A stretch of 63,917 nucleotides of DNA, counting the filler, from Neoconidiobolus thromboides FSU 785 (taxonomy: Eukaryota > Fungi > Entomophthoromycota): assembly GCA_025603075.1 (NCBI GenBank). It is 11 parts of 11 records of this genome, joined end to end, with 100 filler letters (N's around TTAATTAATTAA, not from the genome) between each part and the next. Parts side by side here need not be neighbours in the genome. Positions count along the whole stretch, not along the records: positions 9,331 to 24,718 come from MU626596.1; positions 24,819 to 33,097 come from MU626686.1; 9 more parts are not named here. The stretch is one strand, 5' to 3'. The notes under the pieces were generated by a model. The model did not search any database and was not told the origin of the DNA. It was given only the letters and a program-made list of their open reading frames with translations. Below, one piece after another: positions 13,055 through 25,401 of this stretch (position 1 is its first letter; the number at the start of each line of letters is the position of its first letter). The translations under genes were made by a program, and so were the position numbers.

Positions 13055-13981
13055 CTTTATTTTTAAAAAAAAGAAGGAAAAATAAAACCACATACGATTT
13101 TTTTATATTTCATTATTTTAGTTGTTTAACTTTGACATTTACTTAATGCAGTAATAATATACGTTTTTTATTATAAATTTTGTATAAATTACAAACATTA
13201 TTTATACCTTCCTATTAAATAATAAAGATTACTACCTTAAAATTATAGTTATAGTCATAGTCGATGTTTCAACAAATAAATTTACATCAAATAACAATTC
13301 TCATAAAATAATATGTAAATTTACTTAATTTATACTTTTGGTTTTAAAACATTTATTATAGCAATCCTTTAGATAATCTTTCGATTTATATCAATCTAAC
13401 AAATATTGTCATTTTTTCAAACTTTAAAGGCAGTGTAAGTCTATTTAAATAAGTTAAAATATTGATAATTTAAGGATACTACCACAATATAAACAAATTG
13501 ATTAAAGCCTTATAGCTTATGTTTTGCTCTTAAAGATATTTTGGACAAATTATTATCTTTAAAAATAACAATCTAGTTATTAGCTAAAATTGAGTCAAAA
13601 CTGAGTTCTGACTTTAATAGTAATGTATTGATACAAATATATTGATATAAAAGCTTTATATAAAATATAATGGTATATCCTAAATTATTACATTGATGAC
13701 GATTACTTAACAAAATTACATAAAGATAGTATTAGAATAGTAGCTCATACAAATAGTGATGAATAACTAAAATTATATTAAAATTATATTAAAATTGCTT
13801 TATGCTATTAATTTAATCGTTTAATAAATAATTTAGCAAAAAATAAAATTGATTTGAGGGAAGGGAAAAAGGAAGGAAAATAAGACTAATGCATATAAAA
13901 CATAATTATAAGCTTTCATTTAAGTTGATTTAAAAATCACAGTTCTTATTGTTAATTATTAATTATTATTTTTAATCATAA

Positions 13982-15998
13982 TTAAAATTCCGGGTGTCCT
14001 AATCCTTCAAATACTCCTAAAAATTCCTTTAATTTAGAACGGCGGTCATATTCTGAGTAAGCTTTAATGCAAATGTCAAACTCATCTTTTTTACCTAATG
14101 GCCCTTTATTCTTACGATCATCTTGTATAATTCCTTTCCAATTTTGGCCGTGCTGTGCCATACCATCAATTAATCCTCTTAATTCTTCTTCAGTCCAAAG
14201 TTTAACTAAAGTTCCATGATTAACTGGTGCTTCTCCTTTACGTAAACATTGTTTAATACTAAAGAACTTCTGCCCTAATGAAATACTACTACGATCACGT
14301 AATCTATCATCAAGTGTCCCATTTTCTCCATGTTCAATTACTGTTTGCTTCCAATTATTACCGTTGCGTAAAAAAGCTTCCTTGAAGGCTTCATCTTCAT
14401 CTGGTGACCAATTAGCTGTATATATTCCTTTAGAACGTGACCCACGTCTAGACTCATCTTTACTTTTAGATGCTTTACGTTTGGGTAGTAAATGCTTATT
14501 TATTAAATTAGGTGACTCTTGTTTTATTAAGGTTGAGTTTGGGGTTTGTTTTTCATTTAATCCCTTTTTAATCATTGGTGCAGTAGCTGGTGAAGGTATA
14601 ATGGAATTAATCATTGGTTCAGAAACAGATGCCAATAAGAATTTACGGTTTTGTTGACAGCAAATACATGTAGTACTAAATTTAAGCCCCTTTACGTCAG
14701 ACGATGAACTATTAAAGTCATTTTGTGTTCTATTAATTAAAGTTCTCTTATCTAAGTCATCGTCTGGAAAGTTTGGTTTAATTCGTTGTAATGTTTCTGA
14801 TTTCTTACGCTTTGGATAGAACATTACTCGATTTTTTTCAGGGGATAATGAAAGCCTTTTGTTCTTGAGCCTTACACTTGAACGTGAAGATGCTTGCAAA
14901 TTCTTGATCCCAACCTTGTTTTTTACCTTTGCCTCATTAGACTCATCTTTAGGTAAGGTTGAGCTGGTCTTTAGAGGAGTTTGCTGAGACTCTTGATGAT
15001 TTGTTTCATCAACATCATCTTGATAGTCAGATGATGTCACACTTAAACCATCATCTACTTTAGACGTCAATTCCTTAGCTGGAGGATGTTCAGGGGATGC
15101 AATGGATGAAGATAGTCCATCATTTGGAAGGTTCCCTACAACATCTTTTATAGATTCCATATCTGATAAATCTGAAAGAACGCTTGTTGGAGGGCTTGAA
15201 TTATATGCCTTAGGATCCCTACTTGTACTATCTTTACCTGGGACACTATCATTGTTAATAGAATCACCTAAACAAGGCTATAAATAACTTGTACTTTCGT
15301 TAGTTTGAAATAGTTACCTTTTGATTTATTATCAGCAGATTTAACAAATTCTTTATTATGAGAATTGGTCTCACATTTTTTTATTTCAGATTCTTCTTTC
15401 ATATTGATCTTCAAATCGTCAACATTGCCACCATTACCACCATTATTATCTTTTCTTAATTTTTTATTGGGTTTGGTATTATAATCACCCTCCGATTCAG
15501 AACTAGAATAAGTTAATTCGGTTTTAGTCTCATTTTTCTTTTTATTGTCTTCCAAATCATAATCCAAGTCTGAACTTAAAACATGGTTTTTCTTATCATG
15601 TTCTGCACTTAGATCCTTTTTACTTTTATTTTGTGCTATATCTTCGAACTCTGAGCTATTATAAGAGGCATCTACTTTACTCTTCTTACTTTCGACGTTA
15701 CTTTTCTTTTCAAATGAAAGGGAATTGTCATCGAACGAGGTAGATTCGTTCTTCTCATCTTTTTTGGCTAATATTTCATCTTTTTGGTCAACTAAACTAA
15801 AATTATAATAAATATTTGTGTTCAGTATACCTGATGTTTAATTTACCTTGATTCTTGCTTAGCATCTGTTTCATTATTAGTTGAAATGGAATCGTTTTGG
15901 TTGTTACCAGCCCCCATCATTAAAGGATGTACAAATTTGTTTGGCTCGTCTTTACTACTATCCATGCTTTCTTTGTCCCAATCTTCCTCTATATTCAT
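13982..15998 (-). CDS. Large low-complexity nuclear protein with two C-terminal Myb/SANT repeats, 3 exons
   Basis: ATG at 15998 (MNIEEDWDKE), introns at ~15790-15846 and ~15270-15317. Repeats NWSPDEDEAFKEAFLRNGNNWK and LWTEEELRGLIDGMAQHGQNWKGII. Confidence 0.8.
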
Positions 15999-16732
15999 AA
16001 TTCTAACAATTACAAATTCAAAAATTCAAATAAAAAAATTGAAAAGAGTTTTATGGAAATTTTGATTACAAAGTTCAATCATTTTTTATTATTGTTATAC
16101 CCAATCATTGATTATTTTAGCTTAGCATTTTCATCTTCAATTTAGAATCTTTTAATCACCTTTTATTTCTATTACTTTGGAGATTCTTATTGGATTAATT
16201 TTTAAGAGTAAAATCTTTTATGAAATTTAGATTTCTATTTTTTATTTTAATTTGTTCATCCTCATTTTAATGAATTTAACTAAGTTAATTATTAATAACT
16301 ATATGTCCCAATATTTTTAGAATACTATGAATCCCTATTAGTAGTTGTGCGTTATTTGATGCTATACCATCTATTTAAATTAGTTTATTTTGAAGTTTGT
16401 TTTTATTATTATTCTGATTCATTTAAAATATATGGGAATTTTTTGAATTTAGAAATTAATTAATCGATATGCTATTTAAGCTTAAATGTGTTCTAGCTAA
16501 CTGTTCATTATAAAATAAAATTTAAATTAGTGAGTCTCAAATCAGGATGACAAACAAATAGTTTCCTAGTGTACTGAGTAATTAATTTTCAAAACTAAAA
16601 TAACAAAAAAAGCAACAAATAAAAAACATTCCTATTTATTAAGGATTAAAAATATATGTTTATATAGTGTATTTTCAATCCAAAATAATAACTTTAAAGG
16701 TTTTATAAAAAATAATAATAAAAATTAAGATT

Positions 16733-16831
16733 GGAATTGATTTTTTTAATTTCATTACTTTTTCCATTTTTTAAGTGCTATTTGAGTGGAAAGATTGCTA
16801 ATAAAATTCTCAAACAAAAAAATATATCCCC
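16733..16831. mobile_element. MITE copy
   Basis: Core matches the consensus; ends ATATCCCC. Confidence 0.85.
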
Positions 16832-17612
16832 ATTAATATTTAAACTATTATTTATTTTATAAATTTGTTTGAATATCCAATGTAAAAACTCCCGAGATTC
16901 AAAATGATTTCCTGTATCTACTTATACATTAATTTTCATAAACTTTCTAAATATTAAATCAATTATAGAATCTCCTACATATACTAAATCGTACTTAATA
17001 TTTCAGATAAGTAATTGAAATAGAATTTGTTTATTATTTCATTATTTTTCAAATATAAAATACTAAACTTTAATATCAATATAACTTGTTTATTGTAATA
17101 GTCTAAATTTACTAAATCTGGGTCTTGTTTTTTTATGTTTTATTTTCAAATAACTTTTAATTATATATTAGGTACATACATTATATAAAGTTTTTCTTGC
17201 TACATTTTTAAAATTGAATAAAAAAATGTGACTAATTTGAACATCCCCATATTATTATTTAATTAAATTTATTATTATTAAACTAATAGTATTTCTTTTT
17301 TTGTTTTGTTATAAAATTTTATAAACCCCGGATTATTATGAATATTTACTAGAATTAATATGAATGAACACAATGTTTATATTATGTGTTTTTTTATTAT
17401 ATTATAATTTCTAAAAACTATATTTGAATTTTTTTTTAAAATTTATTTGGGTTTTTTAAAAAAATGTTGTTTTAATTTATAAAACTAAAATTGTTTGAAT
17501 ATTACTACTTGCTTTAACTAAAGTATTAAAAAGGTTCGTTTTTTAATTTGTTCTGAAATATAAAAGATTTAATTTAGAAAATAAATATTTAGCCAACTGA
17601 TAAGCAGTATAT

Positions 17613-17800
17613 GGGGGTGTTTTTTTGGCTTCATTACTTTTTTTATTTTTAAGTGGTATTTAGGTGGAAAAATTATTAGCAAAATTCTTAAACACAAAAA
17701 TACATCCCCATATAAAGGATATTTTTTTATGGTTTTATCATTTTTTCCATTTTTCAAATGCTATTAAGTAGAAAAACTACCAGTAAAATTTTTGAACAAT
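17613..17800. mobile_element. MITE copy (17613-17709) followed by a degenerate tandem partial copy
   Basis: GGGGGTGT...ACATCCCC, ATAT/ATAT TSD. Confidence 0.85.
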
Positions 17801-17880
17801 TTTAAATGACTAATAATAAACATAAACTAATTAAAAACTAAAAAGTGATTTAATCATGTGTACATCTTTAAACAAACAAT

Positions 17881-18354
17881 TCAATGTTTAAATTTTCTTA
17901 TCAACTTAAACAATCTCGACTTAAATTTTTTGCGATTATCCATATTATTTTCATTTATAACACTATTGCATTGACGTTTATTCCCATCACTAGGATCGCC
18001 ACATTCCATGTCACCTCGGTGATAATCAGGTTTTTTAACTCTATCATAAAGGATTTCCTCTACATCATATTTGGAATCACTACATTCAATAATCCTAAAT
18101 CCGAACTTATCCTTAAAGTATTTGAAGTCTGAATTAGTACAGCGATTCTCTCCGCCTGATGTGTCACTTTCGCATCCTATTGTACCTACAGCATTAGTTT
18201 CTCCAGTAAGATACACCTCACATGTACATTCAAAAGGCTTCCCTGCTTTCCATGGAACGTCACCCCGGCCTTGACTAGCAAAACATAGTACTCTATCACT
18301 TGTTATTGTAGCTAACAGTTGAAGAGTTACGTATATAATGGATATAAACAACAT
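17881..18354 (-). CDS. Small secreted Cys-rich protein (157 aa); paralog of 11308-11703
   Basis: Signal peptide, 8 Cys, shared CxC..YLT, IxC and GF..IxCS motifs. Confidence 0.75.
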   Translation of the reverse strand: MLFISIIYVTLQLLATITSDRVLCFASQGRGDVPWKAGKPFECTCEVYLTGETNAVGTIGCESDTSGGENRCTNSDFKYFKDKFGFRIIECSDSKYDVEEILYDRVKKPDYHRGDMECGDPSDGNKRQCNSVINENNMDNRKKFKSRLFKLIRKFKH

Positions 18355-18603
18355 TGTAGTAAATTTAGTTTAAAAATTGACACAAATAGTAATAAGTTAT
18401 AAATTAAAGTATTTGTTTTGTGTTATTTTATATACCTTTTTTCATAGCTTGAAGGATAAATTTTTATTCCAATTTTTTGATTTCCTCCTTTTTTATTCTT
18501 TTATTCACTTTAATCCAATAAAATCAAGAGATAATAGTCATCACTAATAACTCCAAAGACATAAAAAGTATAGAAAATAACTCCGTGATTTTATTAAGAT
18601 AAA

Positions 18604-18756
18604 CTATAACGGAACGTTTCTTTCAATAAATGTAAGAAGAGGAACTTGATCTGGATTTGATTCAAACTTATGAAAGCCTGAAGGCGTTTCTTTATTATCC
18701 GTATTTAGGGGTATACTTAATACCATTGGTAACATAATTAGTGTGATAAAATCCAT
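18604..18756 (-). CDS. Possible 50-aa secreted micro-protein
   Basis: MDFITLIMLPMVLSIPLNTDNKETPSGFHKFESNPDQVPLLTFIERNVPL*; hydrophobic N-terminus and locally higher GC. Below the ORF-track cutoff. Confidence 0.3.
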   Translation of the reverse strand: MDFITLIMLPMVLSIPLNTDNKETPSGFHKFESNPDQVPLLTFIERNVPL

Positions 18757-19047
18757 AGCAATAATAATGATAGTAGATTATTATAATTAAAAAATAAAAT
18801 AAACAAAAGTTGAAAAATTATATATCCTGCTTTTATATAAACAAAATGAGAGATCTTTTTACTGTTAAAAACAAATACATTTTTTATTACTATTTAGTTT
18901 AATCAACTAAAACAACGTTATGAAAATCAATAAAATCTACCAATAAAAATTCAACTAATTTTAACTTAAAGTTGATGAAAATATTCGTTGTACTATAATA
19001 AATTAAGAAATAATTTCCTTTTGATTATAGACTTATATTTGTATATC

Positions 19048-20280
19048 ATGGACACTATTATTAACTTAGAAACAACAGGAATAAAGAATAATGTAAAAAA
19101 ATATTATTATTGTTAATCAATATATAACAATTAAACTTTATTTAGTTATTATTAGAACCATATAATTATATATGTAGTAATCCAGGGAAAACATTTCGAA
19201 CCAAGTTATTAGAAGCGTTTCAATTTTGGCTAAATATAGATACTGGTAAATTGAAGATAATAGCAGAAGTTATGGAGATGTTACATAATGCTTCCTTGTT
19301 AATTGATGACGTACAAGATAACTCAGAATTAAGAAGAGGAAATCCAGGTAACTTTAAACAAGTATTTATAAATAGTCGTTTTATTAAGCCAATTCTATAA
19401 AGTCGCTCATCGTATTTATGGAGTACCAATAACAATAAATTGTGCCAACTATGTTTATTTTTTAGCTTTACAAAAGGTTTGTGAATTAAATGATCCAGAG
19501 TTAGTACAGATTTATTCTACTGAATTGATCAAATTACACCAAGGCCAAGGAATGGAGTTACATTGCAGAGATAGAAATATTTGCCCTACTGAACAACAAT
19601 ATTTAGATATGGTTAATAATAGTAAATTTTGTTTTAAATTATCTAGAATTTACATTTATTTTTTCATTTTAGAAACTGGAGGTTTATTAAGATTAGGGAT
19701 TAAAATGATGCAACAAGTTTCAAATTCTAAAACGTAATTTTAGCATTGTTATATTATATAACAATATGCTAATAATTTTTATTGAATAGCGATTTTGTAC
19801 CATTAGTCAATTTGTTAGGAGAATACTATCAAATTCGAGATGATTACATTAATTTAAAAGCGGAAGACGTAACTATGTTAAAACTAAGCCTTTGTATTGA
19901 TAATAATAATAATTTTTAGTATCATTCTGCCAAAGGCTATTGTGAAGATCTAAGTGAAGGAAAATATTCGTTTCCTATCATTCACTCTTTAAGAACTAGT
20001 AATGATATGCATCAATTAGAAAGTAATTAATTTACTATACTAGGTTTATATTTTATATGTACTAATTGTTCTATTATTCTCGATTGTATTAGATATTTTA
20101 AAACAACGTACTGAAGATATTAATTTAAAGAAATACGCTTTGTTATTAATGGAAAAAACAAACTCATTTGAATATACAAAAACTTATTTGAATCGATTGT
20201 TAATTCAAATTCAAAATTTAGTTTCAGATTTTGATCAAAATGATTTATTATTAGATATTGTTAACAAATTAAAAATTTAA
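19048..20280 (+). CDS. BTS1: Geranylgeranyl diphosphate synthase, multi-exon
   Basis: [37 protein letters not shown] (FARM), [28 protein letters not shown] (SARM), [15 protein letters not shown]. Confidence 0.93.
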
Positions 20281-20552
20281 GTATTAAGATACTTAAGAGT
20301 CAAACGACTCTCTAAAGACAAAAAAAGTATTAAATAAAGTATTTGCCCTTTTTACTTTACTATCTCCTTCACTTCGCTTCTCAAATTTGTTTCATTCACT
20401 TCTAGAGTTAATTCATTTGGGAGCAATTAATTCCACCAATACTCAAGAAATAAAATATTTATGTTAATAAAAAGAATATAAAAATATTTAAGTCTTTTAA
20501 TAAAAATATAAAAAAAGGGAAGAAATAAAAGAAGTAATAAAAAACAATAAAT

Positions 20553-22415
20553 TTAATTAGAAGTAGATTCAAAACTCAAAAAGGAATTAAATTTGCAACG
20601 GAACTTAATTTCATTCCAAAGTGCTAATTGTTCTAAATTGGCTCCTTGCATAACAGAAGAATTTTCTTGAGCTCTACGGATAAGATAAGGCATGACTTCT
20701 TTAACTGGACCATAAGGTATATATTTAAAAGCGTTAAAACCATAGTTAGCTAAAGAATAAGTAGTAGGATCATGCATACCCATTAGTTGACCAAATAATA
20801 CTTGTTGTTGTTGATTAGTATCAAATTTCAATTGTTCCATTTTACGACAAGTTGAAACAATAGAATCTTTATTATGAGATGCTACCATAAATCCAATCTT
20901 CTTTTCGTCTGCTTTTTGTTTTTCTATTTCTTTTAGTAATAAATCTACAGCTAAATTGTAATCATGATGAGTGTCTTCAATAGTATTTTGTATAATGTCT
21001 GGTAACCCTAACTCTAATGCTCTTTTACGTTCAGATACCATATAAGCTCCCCTTACTAATTTAGCACCAAAACACCAATTTTCTCTTTTAGCATGGATCA
21101 AATCATTACGCATCTTTTCATAAGATTCTTTTAGATATAATTGATAAGTATTATAAATGATTGGTGCATACTGATTATATTGTTGAGATAATTCATTGGC
21201 TACTAAATCAATAGCTGCTTGGAAATAACTTTGTTCAGCATCAATCATCAACCTTACATCTAAATCTTTGGCTTGATTACAAATTTTATTTAAACGATTC
21301 ATTAATAATTCAAAATCTTTTTGTTCTTCGTTATTAAAAAATTGAACATTTAATTTATAATTTTGTTCATTGTTTGTAATGATATTATTATTATTCATAC
21401 TTTCATCATTATTATTATTTATATTCTCATCGTTATTAGCATTATTGTCATTAGTAATGTAAAGTTGTTTGGTATTATTTTTAACCATAGATAATGAAGC
21501 TAAGAAGGAAATCCAATCAATTTTATCACTATTTGTTGGGTCTGCATTTTGAATAATTTGATTAATAACAGCTGTATCTTTCTCATTAATATTAGGTAAT
21601 TGTAATAAAATTGATTTGAATTCATTTCTATTTAATAAACCATCCTGATTATCGTCTTTAATAATAAATGAATTTCTTAAATAATGTAAAATCGTTGTTG
21701 CTTTTTCTAATAATTGAGGTGAAATTAAACCAGTTACCTTGACAGCAATAAAAGAACCCTTTAAGTTGGAAGCAGTTTTTACGGCTTGTACGTATTGTTC
21801 AGTAACAAAATCAGCGTGTTGGTTAGCCTTAACTCGAAGCTCTTCTTTACTTAAATGACCATCTTCACTTTCTAAATCTGCTTCAATAGAAAAGTCTAAA
21901 ATCGAACCAATGTTTTGATCCTTTAATTGATGCATAAAAGGGACAACATCTTCTCTATCTTCGCCCCCGCAAAAATGTTTAAAAATTGTTCTTTTAATGA
22001 AAAAATAAGCAGGTGCAGACAAATGAAGAGTTTCTAATAAAGATAAAAGGGTTGGTGCTGCATCCATTAAATAGGGTAAACTGCAGAGCTTATAAACGAA
22101 TAAAGAGATACATAAATCATAAAAAGATTTGTTTTTAAACGCTATTCTTGGGTCTGGGTTTTGTATATAACTTGACTTATCGGTATAAACAGGCGCTGTT
22201 TCTTCTAACTGTATCGTTGAATCATTGAGCAAAGAATATCCCCCTAATAATAAACCGGATGCTAATAATAATTTTGTTTTATTATTAAATAAAGTGGACT
22301 GTTTGGGAGTAGTGGTGGTAGTTTGATGTAAATATCGTGGTTTTAAATTGAATAAAAGTTTATTAATTCTATTAGACTTGTTGCAGGAGTGTTTATAAAC
22401 TTGTTTTAATAACAT
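20553..22415 (-). CDS. PUT1: Mitochondrial proline dehydrogenase with EF-hand-like insert, single exon
   Basis: Presequence-like N-terminus, FKHFCGGE, LMIDAEQSYFQ, GAKLVRGAYM, VASHN, FGQLMGM, KYIPYGPVKEVMPYLIRRAQEN. Confidence 0.95.
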   Translation of the reverse strand: MLLKQVYKHSCNKSNRINKLLFNLKPRYLHQTTTTTPKQSTLFNNKTKLLLASGLLLGGYSLLNDSTIQLEETAPVYTDKSSYIQNPDPRIAFKNKSFYDLCISLFVYKLCSLPYLMDAAPTLLSLLETLHLSAPAYFFIKRTIFKHFCGGEDREDVVPFMHQLKDQNIGSILDFSIEADLESEDGHLSKEELRVKANQHADFVTEQYVQAVKTASNLKGSFIAVKVTGLISPQLLEKATTILHYLRNSFIIKDDNQDGLLNRNEFKSILLQLPNINEKDTAVINQIIQNADPTNSDKIDWISFLASLSMVKNNTKQLYITNDNNANNDENINNNNDESMNNNNIITNNEQNYKLNVQFFNNEEQKDFELLMNRLNKICNQAKDLDVRLMIDAEQSYFQAAIDLVANELSQQYNQYAPIIYNTYQLYLKESYEKMRNDLIHAKRENWCFGAKLVRGAYMVSERKRALELGLPDIIQNTIEDTHHDYNLAVDLLLKEIEKQKADEKKIGFMVASHNKDSIVSTCRKMEQLKFDTNQQQQVLFGQLMGMHDPTTYSLANYGFNAFKYIPYGPVKEVMPYLIRRAQENSSVMQGANLEQLALWNEIKFRCKFNSFLSFESTSN

Positions 22416-23202
22416 TAAATGCGTATGACTTTATAAATTGAAGTTGTTTTAAAATGATAAAGCAAATCGAAAATAATAAAAAAAAGCAACTCGTTAATTT
22501 ATTAATACTAAAAAAAAGATGAATTTTTTAGACTTTAAGCTGCTATTTAAACTTAATTTTTCAAAGTTTATTGAATCAATTAAAGTTGAAAAGTATAAAT
22601 CGTGGTAACTAACAATAACTGAACACTTATTATTTAAAAATTACTAATAAAAATATTAAAAATAGCACCAATTATATTCTAGAATCAAAATTAAATCATC
22701 CAGTTATTTTATAGAGCAAAAAAAATTGGGGATAAATGACTAATATCGAACAACCATTGGTGCCATTCTAAAGAACCTTAATTAGACTTCCAAATTTAAT
22801 AAACAGAGTTCTATTTTATTGGTTCTATTCAGCCTATTCTTAGTTGTTTTTACACTAATCATTTTGATATTGATTACAAAATTTTACCAATCATCGTTTG
22901 TATACTTTATTTTAAAATTATCTTTTCTTATTTGGTAACGTCAGATGATTTAAAATATAGAATATTATTTTTAGTTGATAATAGTAAGTTATTATTAAGG
23001 GTCTTATATTATCAATTTATAATAGTAAATAGTTAGATTAACTCAAATATTTAATAAAGTAGATCTTGTCAAAAAGTCATTTTTAATTTTAGCTAATCAA
23101 ATACTTCAAATTGTCTTTACTATTAAATGAAATATAAGTTGACTATCTGACAGAATTTACTTTATTACCTAACTGAATCAATCTGATTATTTGTATTGTT
23201 AT

Positions 23203-23246
23203 ATTTATTTTATTTTATTTTATTTTATTTTATTTTATTTTATTTT
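23203..23246. repeat. (TTTTA)n microsatellite
   Basis: About 8 tandem TTTTA units. Confidence 0.8.
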
Positions 23247-23391
23247 TTGTAATAAAGTTTAAATAATTAACAAATTATTATATAAAGATTTTTTGAATAA
23301 ACTTAATTATTACTTTTTTTATAATGTTTAATTAAATTATATTTTTATAATCAAATAAAAATAGTACTTTAAATAAGAAAAATAAATAAAT

Positions 23392-23489
23392 GAGGATGTA
23401 TTTTTGTGCTTAATAATTTTATTAATGATTTTTCCATCCAAATAGCACTTAAAAGATGGAAAAGTGATGAAACCAAAGAAAACATCCTC
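23392..23489. mobile_element. MITE copy
   Basis: GAGGATGT...ACATCCTC, AAAT/AAAT TSD. Confidence 0.9.
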
Positions 23490-23706
23490 AAATTATAACA
23501 TGTCTTTATTAAACTTATTATAAAAATTGAATTTATTTGACTAATTTACTAAATTTAAAATGAACTTTTTAGAACTATTTTTGAAAAATCAAAGAAAACA
23601 CCCCCATATTTATAAATTAAATAAAGCTGAGTAAAAAATAAATTTAACTTTTACTTTTAGTTCTGGTTAGTTGTTAATAAGTATAAAATATTACTTTACT
23701 AGCTTT

Positions 23707-24110
23707 TGTAAAATCTGGTACTCAGTGGTTGGAATCAAAAACAACTATTACCTGGTTGACTGTACTGTAGGTCGAAAGCTCTTAGTTTATGTGACTAAGA
23801 TAGATTTGAATTATGAAGAATAGTACGTAATAGGCTACGGATTATGTAAAACACTATCAGAAAGATTTAATGGCTTTATTAAAAGTATAATATCAAAGGG
23901 GAATTTAATTAAAAAGCCCTGAGTTACTATACTTTAAAATCTCTTTTATACTCCAACTGGGTGGCTATATATAAATAACATGATAGTAATTATTCCTTAC
24001 CATAGTTACCAAGTATGGACATCAAAAGGGGGAATAGCGTCTTTCACAAGTAGGCGGTAAAAATTCTCACAACAAATCAAAATGAGGAGCTCTAAATTGA
24101 TTGTACCACA
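23707..24110 (+). repeat. TG-starting dispersed repeat (possible solo LTR), at least 400 bp
   Basis: Starts TGTAAAATCTGGTACTCAG; colinear with 39383-39770; contains TATATAAA. The 3' end and TSD are not resolved. Confidence 0.6.
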
Positions 24111-24302
24111 TGAATCACGATTAAGATGACTGTAAGACTCTACTTAGTTTTGTAACCAAGTCAAATTGTTATTAGTTATATAGTGAATTTAATTAGCCTC
24201 GGGTAATTATATTATGTATACCAAAAGTATATTTGTAAAGTTTTGTTTTTATTTAAAAATTTTTTTTATTGCTTATAAAATTTTAGTTCTAAAAGTAACA
24301 AT

Positions 24303-24409
24303 GGGGATGTGAAAGTGTTTTTTTTGACTTCACTATTTTTTCCATTTTTTAAGCGCTATTTGAATAGAAATATTGTTAGTAAAATCCTCAAACTAAAAAA
24401 TACATCCCC
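24303..24409. mobile_element. MITE copy with small insertion
   Basis: GGGGATGT...ACATCCCC. Confidence 0.9.
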
Positions 24410-24818
24410 ATATCTTGTTATTATTTTATCTTTTATCATTTTTTTACTATCCTTTTACTATTTTCTCAATATATATCTTATTTCTAAAAAACTAAAACTT
24501 TTAATAAAAACAGTCATTTCAATATTACACTTGAAATTTTTTCATGTTATTTAGATTCTACTAATGTTTATAACTAATTTTAACAAGTTAAATAACATTT
24601 TTGATATATCTAAAGCTTTTTAAATCATTTTCAGATTAAGTATTTATATAAAAAATCAACTTGCTAGCTTTATAGTTTATAGTATTCCAAAACAAAAACA
24701 ACAGTACATACTATTCCCNNNNNNNNNNNNNNNNNNNNNNNNNNNNNNNNNNNNNNNNNNNNTTAATTAATTAANNNNNNNNNNNNNNNNNNNNNNNNNN
24801 NNNNNNNNNNNNNNNNNN

Positions 24819-25401
24819 CAACCCATTTAAATGGAGTACTCTTTAGTCCTTGAACCATCGCAACTGATGATTTTATTCTCATTTCTGATAATACAATTAT
24901 TCTTTCTTCGTCGTAACTAAATTGATTATCATAGCTAATTAGATCATTATAAATGTGTGGTTGATCACGAACTATTAATGGTCCAAATAATTGTTCAGAG
25001 TCTAATCCAGTATGAGCATGATAATACCAAGTACCAGCTTGATCTGTGACATGATACTCATAACGGTAAGATGCATTAGGCTTGATAGGATCCTGTGTCA
25101 CATAAGGTACCCCATCTGATATTACAGTGCCTTTTTGTAACATACCATGCCAATGTATTGTTAAATCACTATCCATGTTATTTGTTACATCAACGATGAT
25201 AGTGTCATAACTATTGACTTCTATCTTTGGTCCTGGAAACCTACCATTAATTGTTATCAACCTTATGTCTTTATCCCAGCTAACTATACTCTCTTCTGCT
25301 ACTGTCCACTTATAATAGTTTGTTTTGGGAATGTTAAATAGTGATTGATTGCAAGAAATAATTAATAGCTTAGTCAAAAGTAGAATTAATTTTAATAACA
25401 T
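24819..25401 (-). CDS. Multicopper oxidase (ascorbate oxidase/laccase-like), N-terminal part, truncated by gap
   Basis: Signal peptide from ATG at 25401, INGRFPGPKI, TIHWHGMLQ, DGVPYVTQDPI, GTWYYHAH. Confidence 0.9.

Noticed and set aside
4466-18274. Antisense or overlapping ORFs in the track (4466, 6876, 7065, 7073, 11202, 12494, 14364, 15102, 15927, 17884, 18071)
   Set aside because: These are shadows of real genes on the other strand or frame, with no independent protein features.
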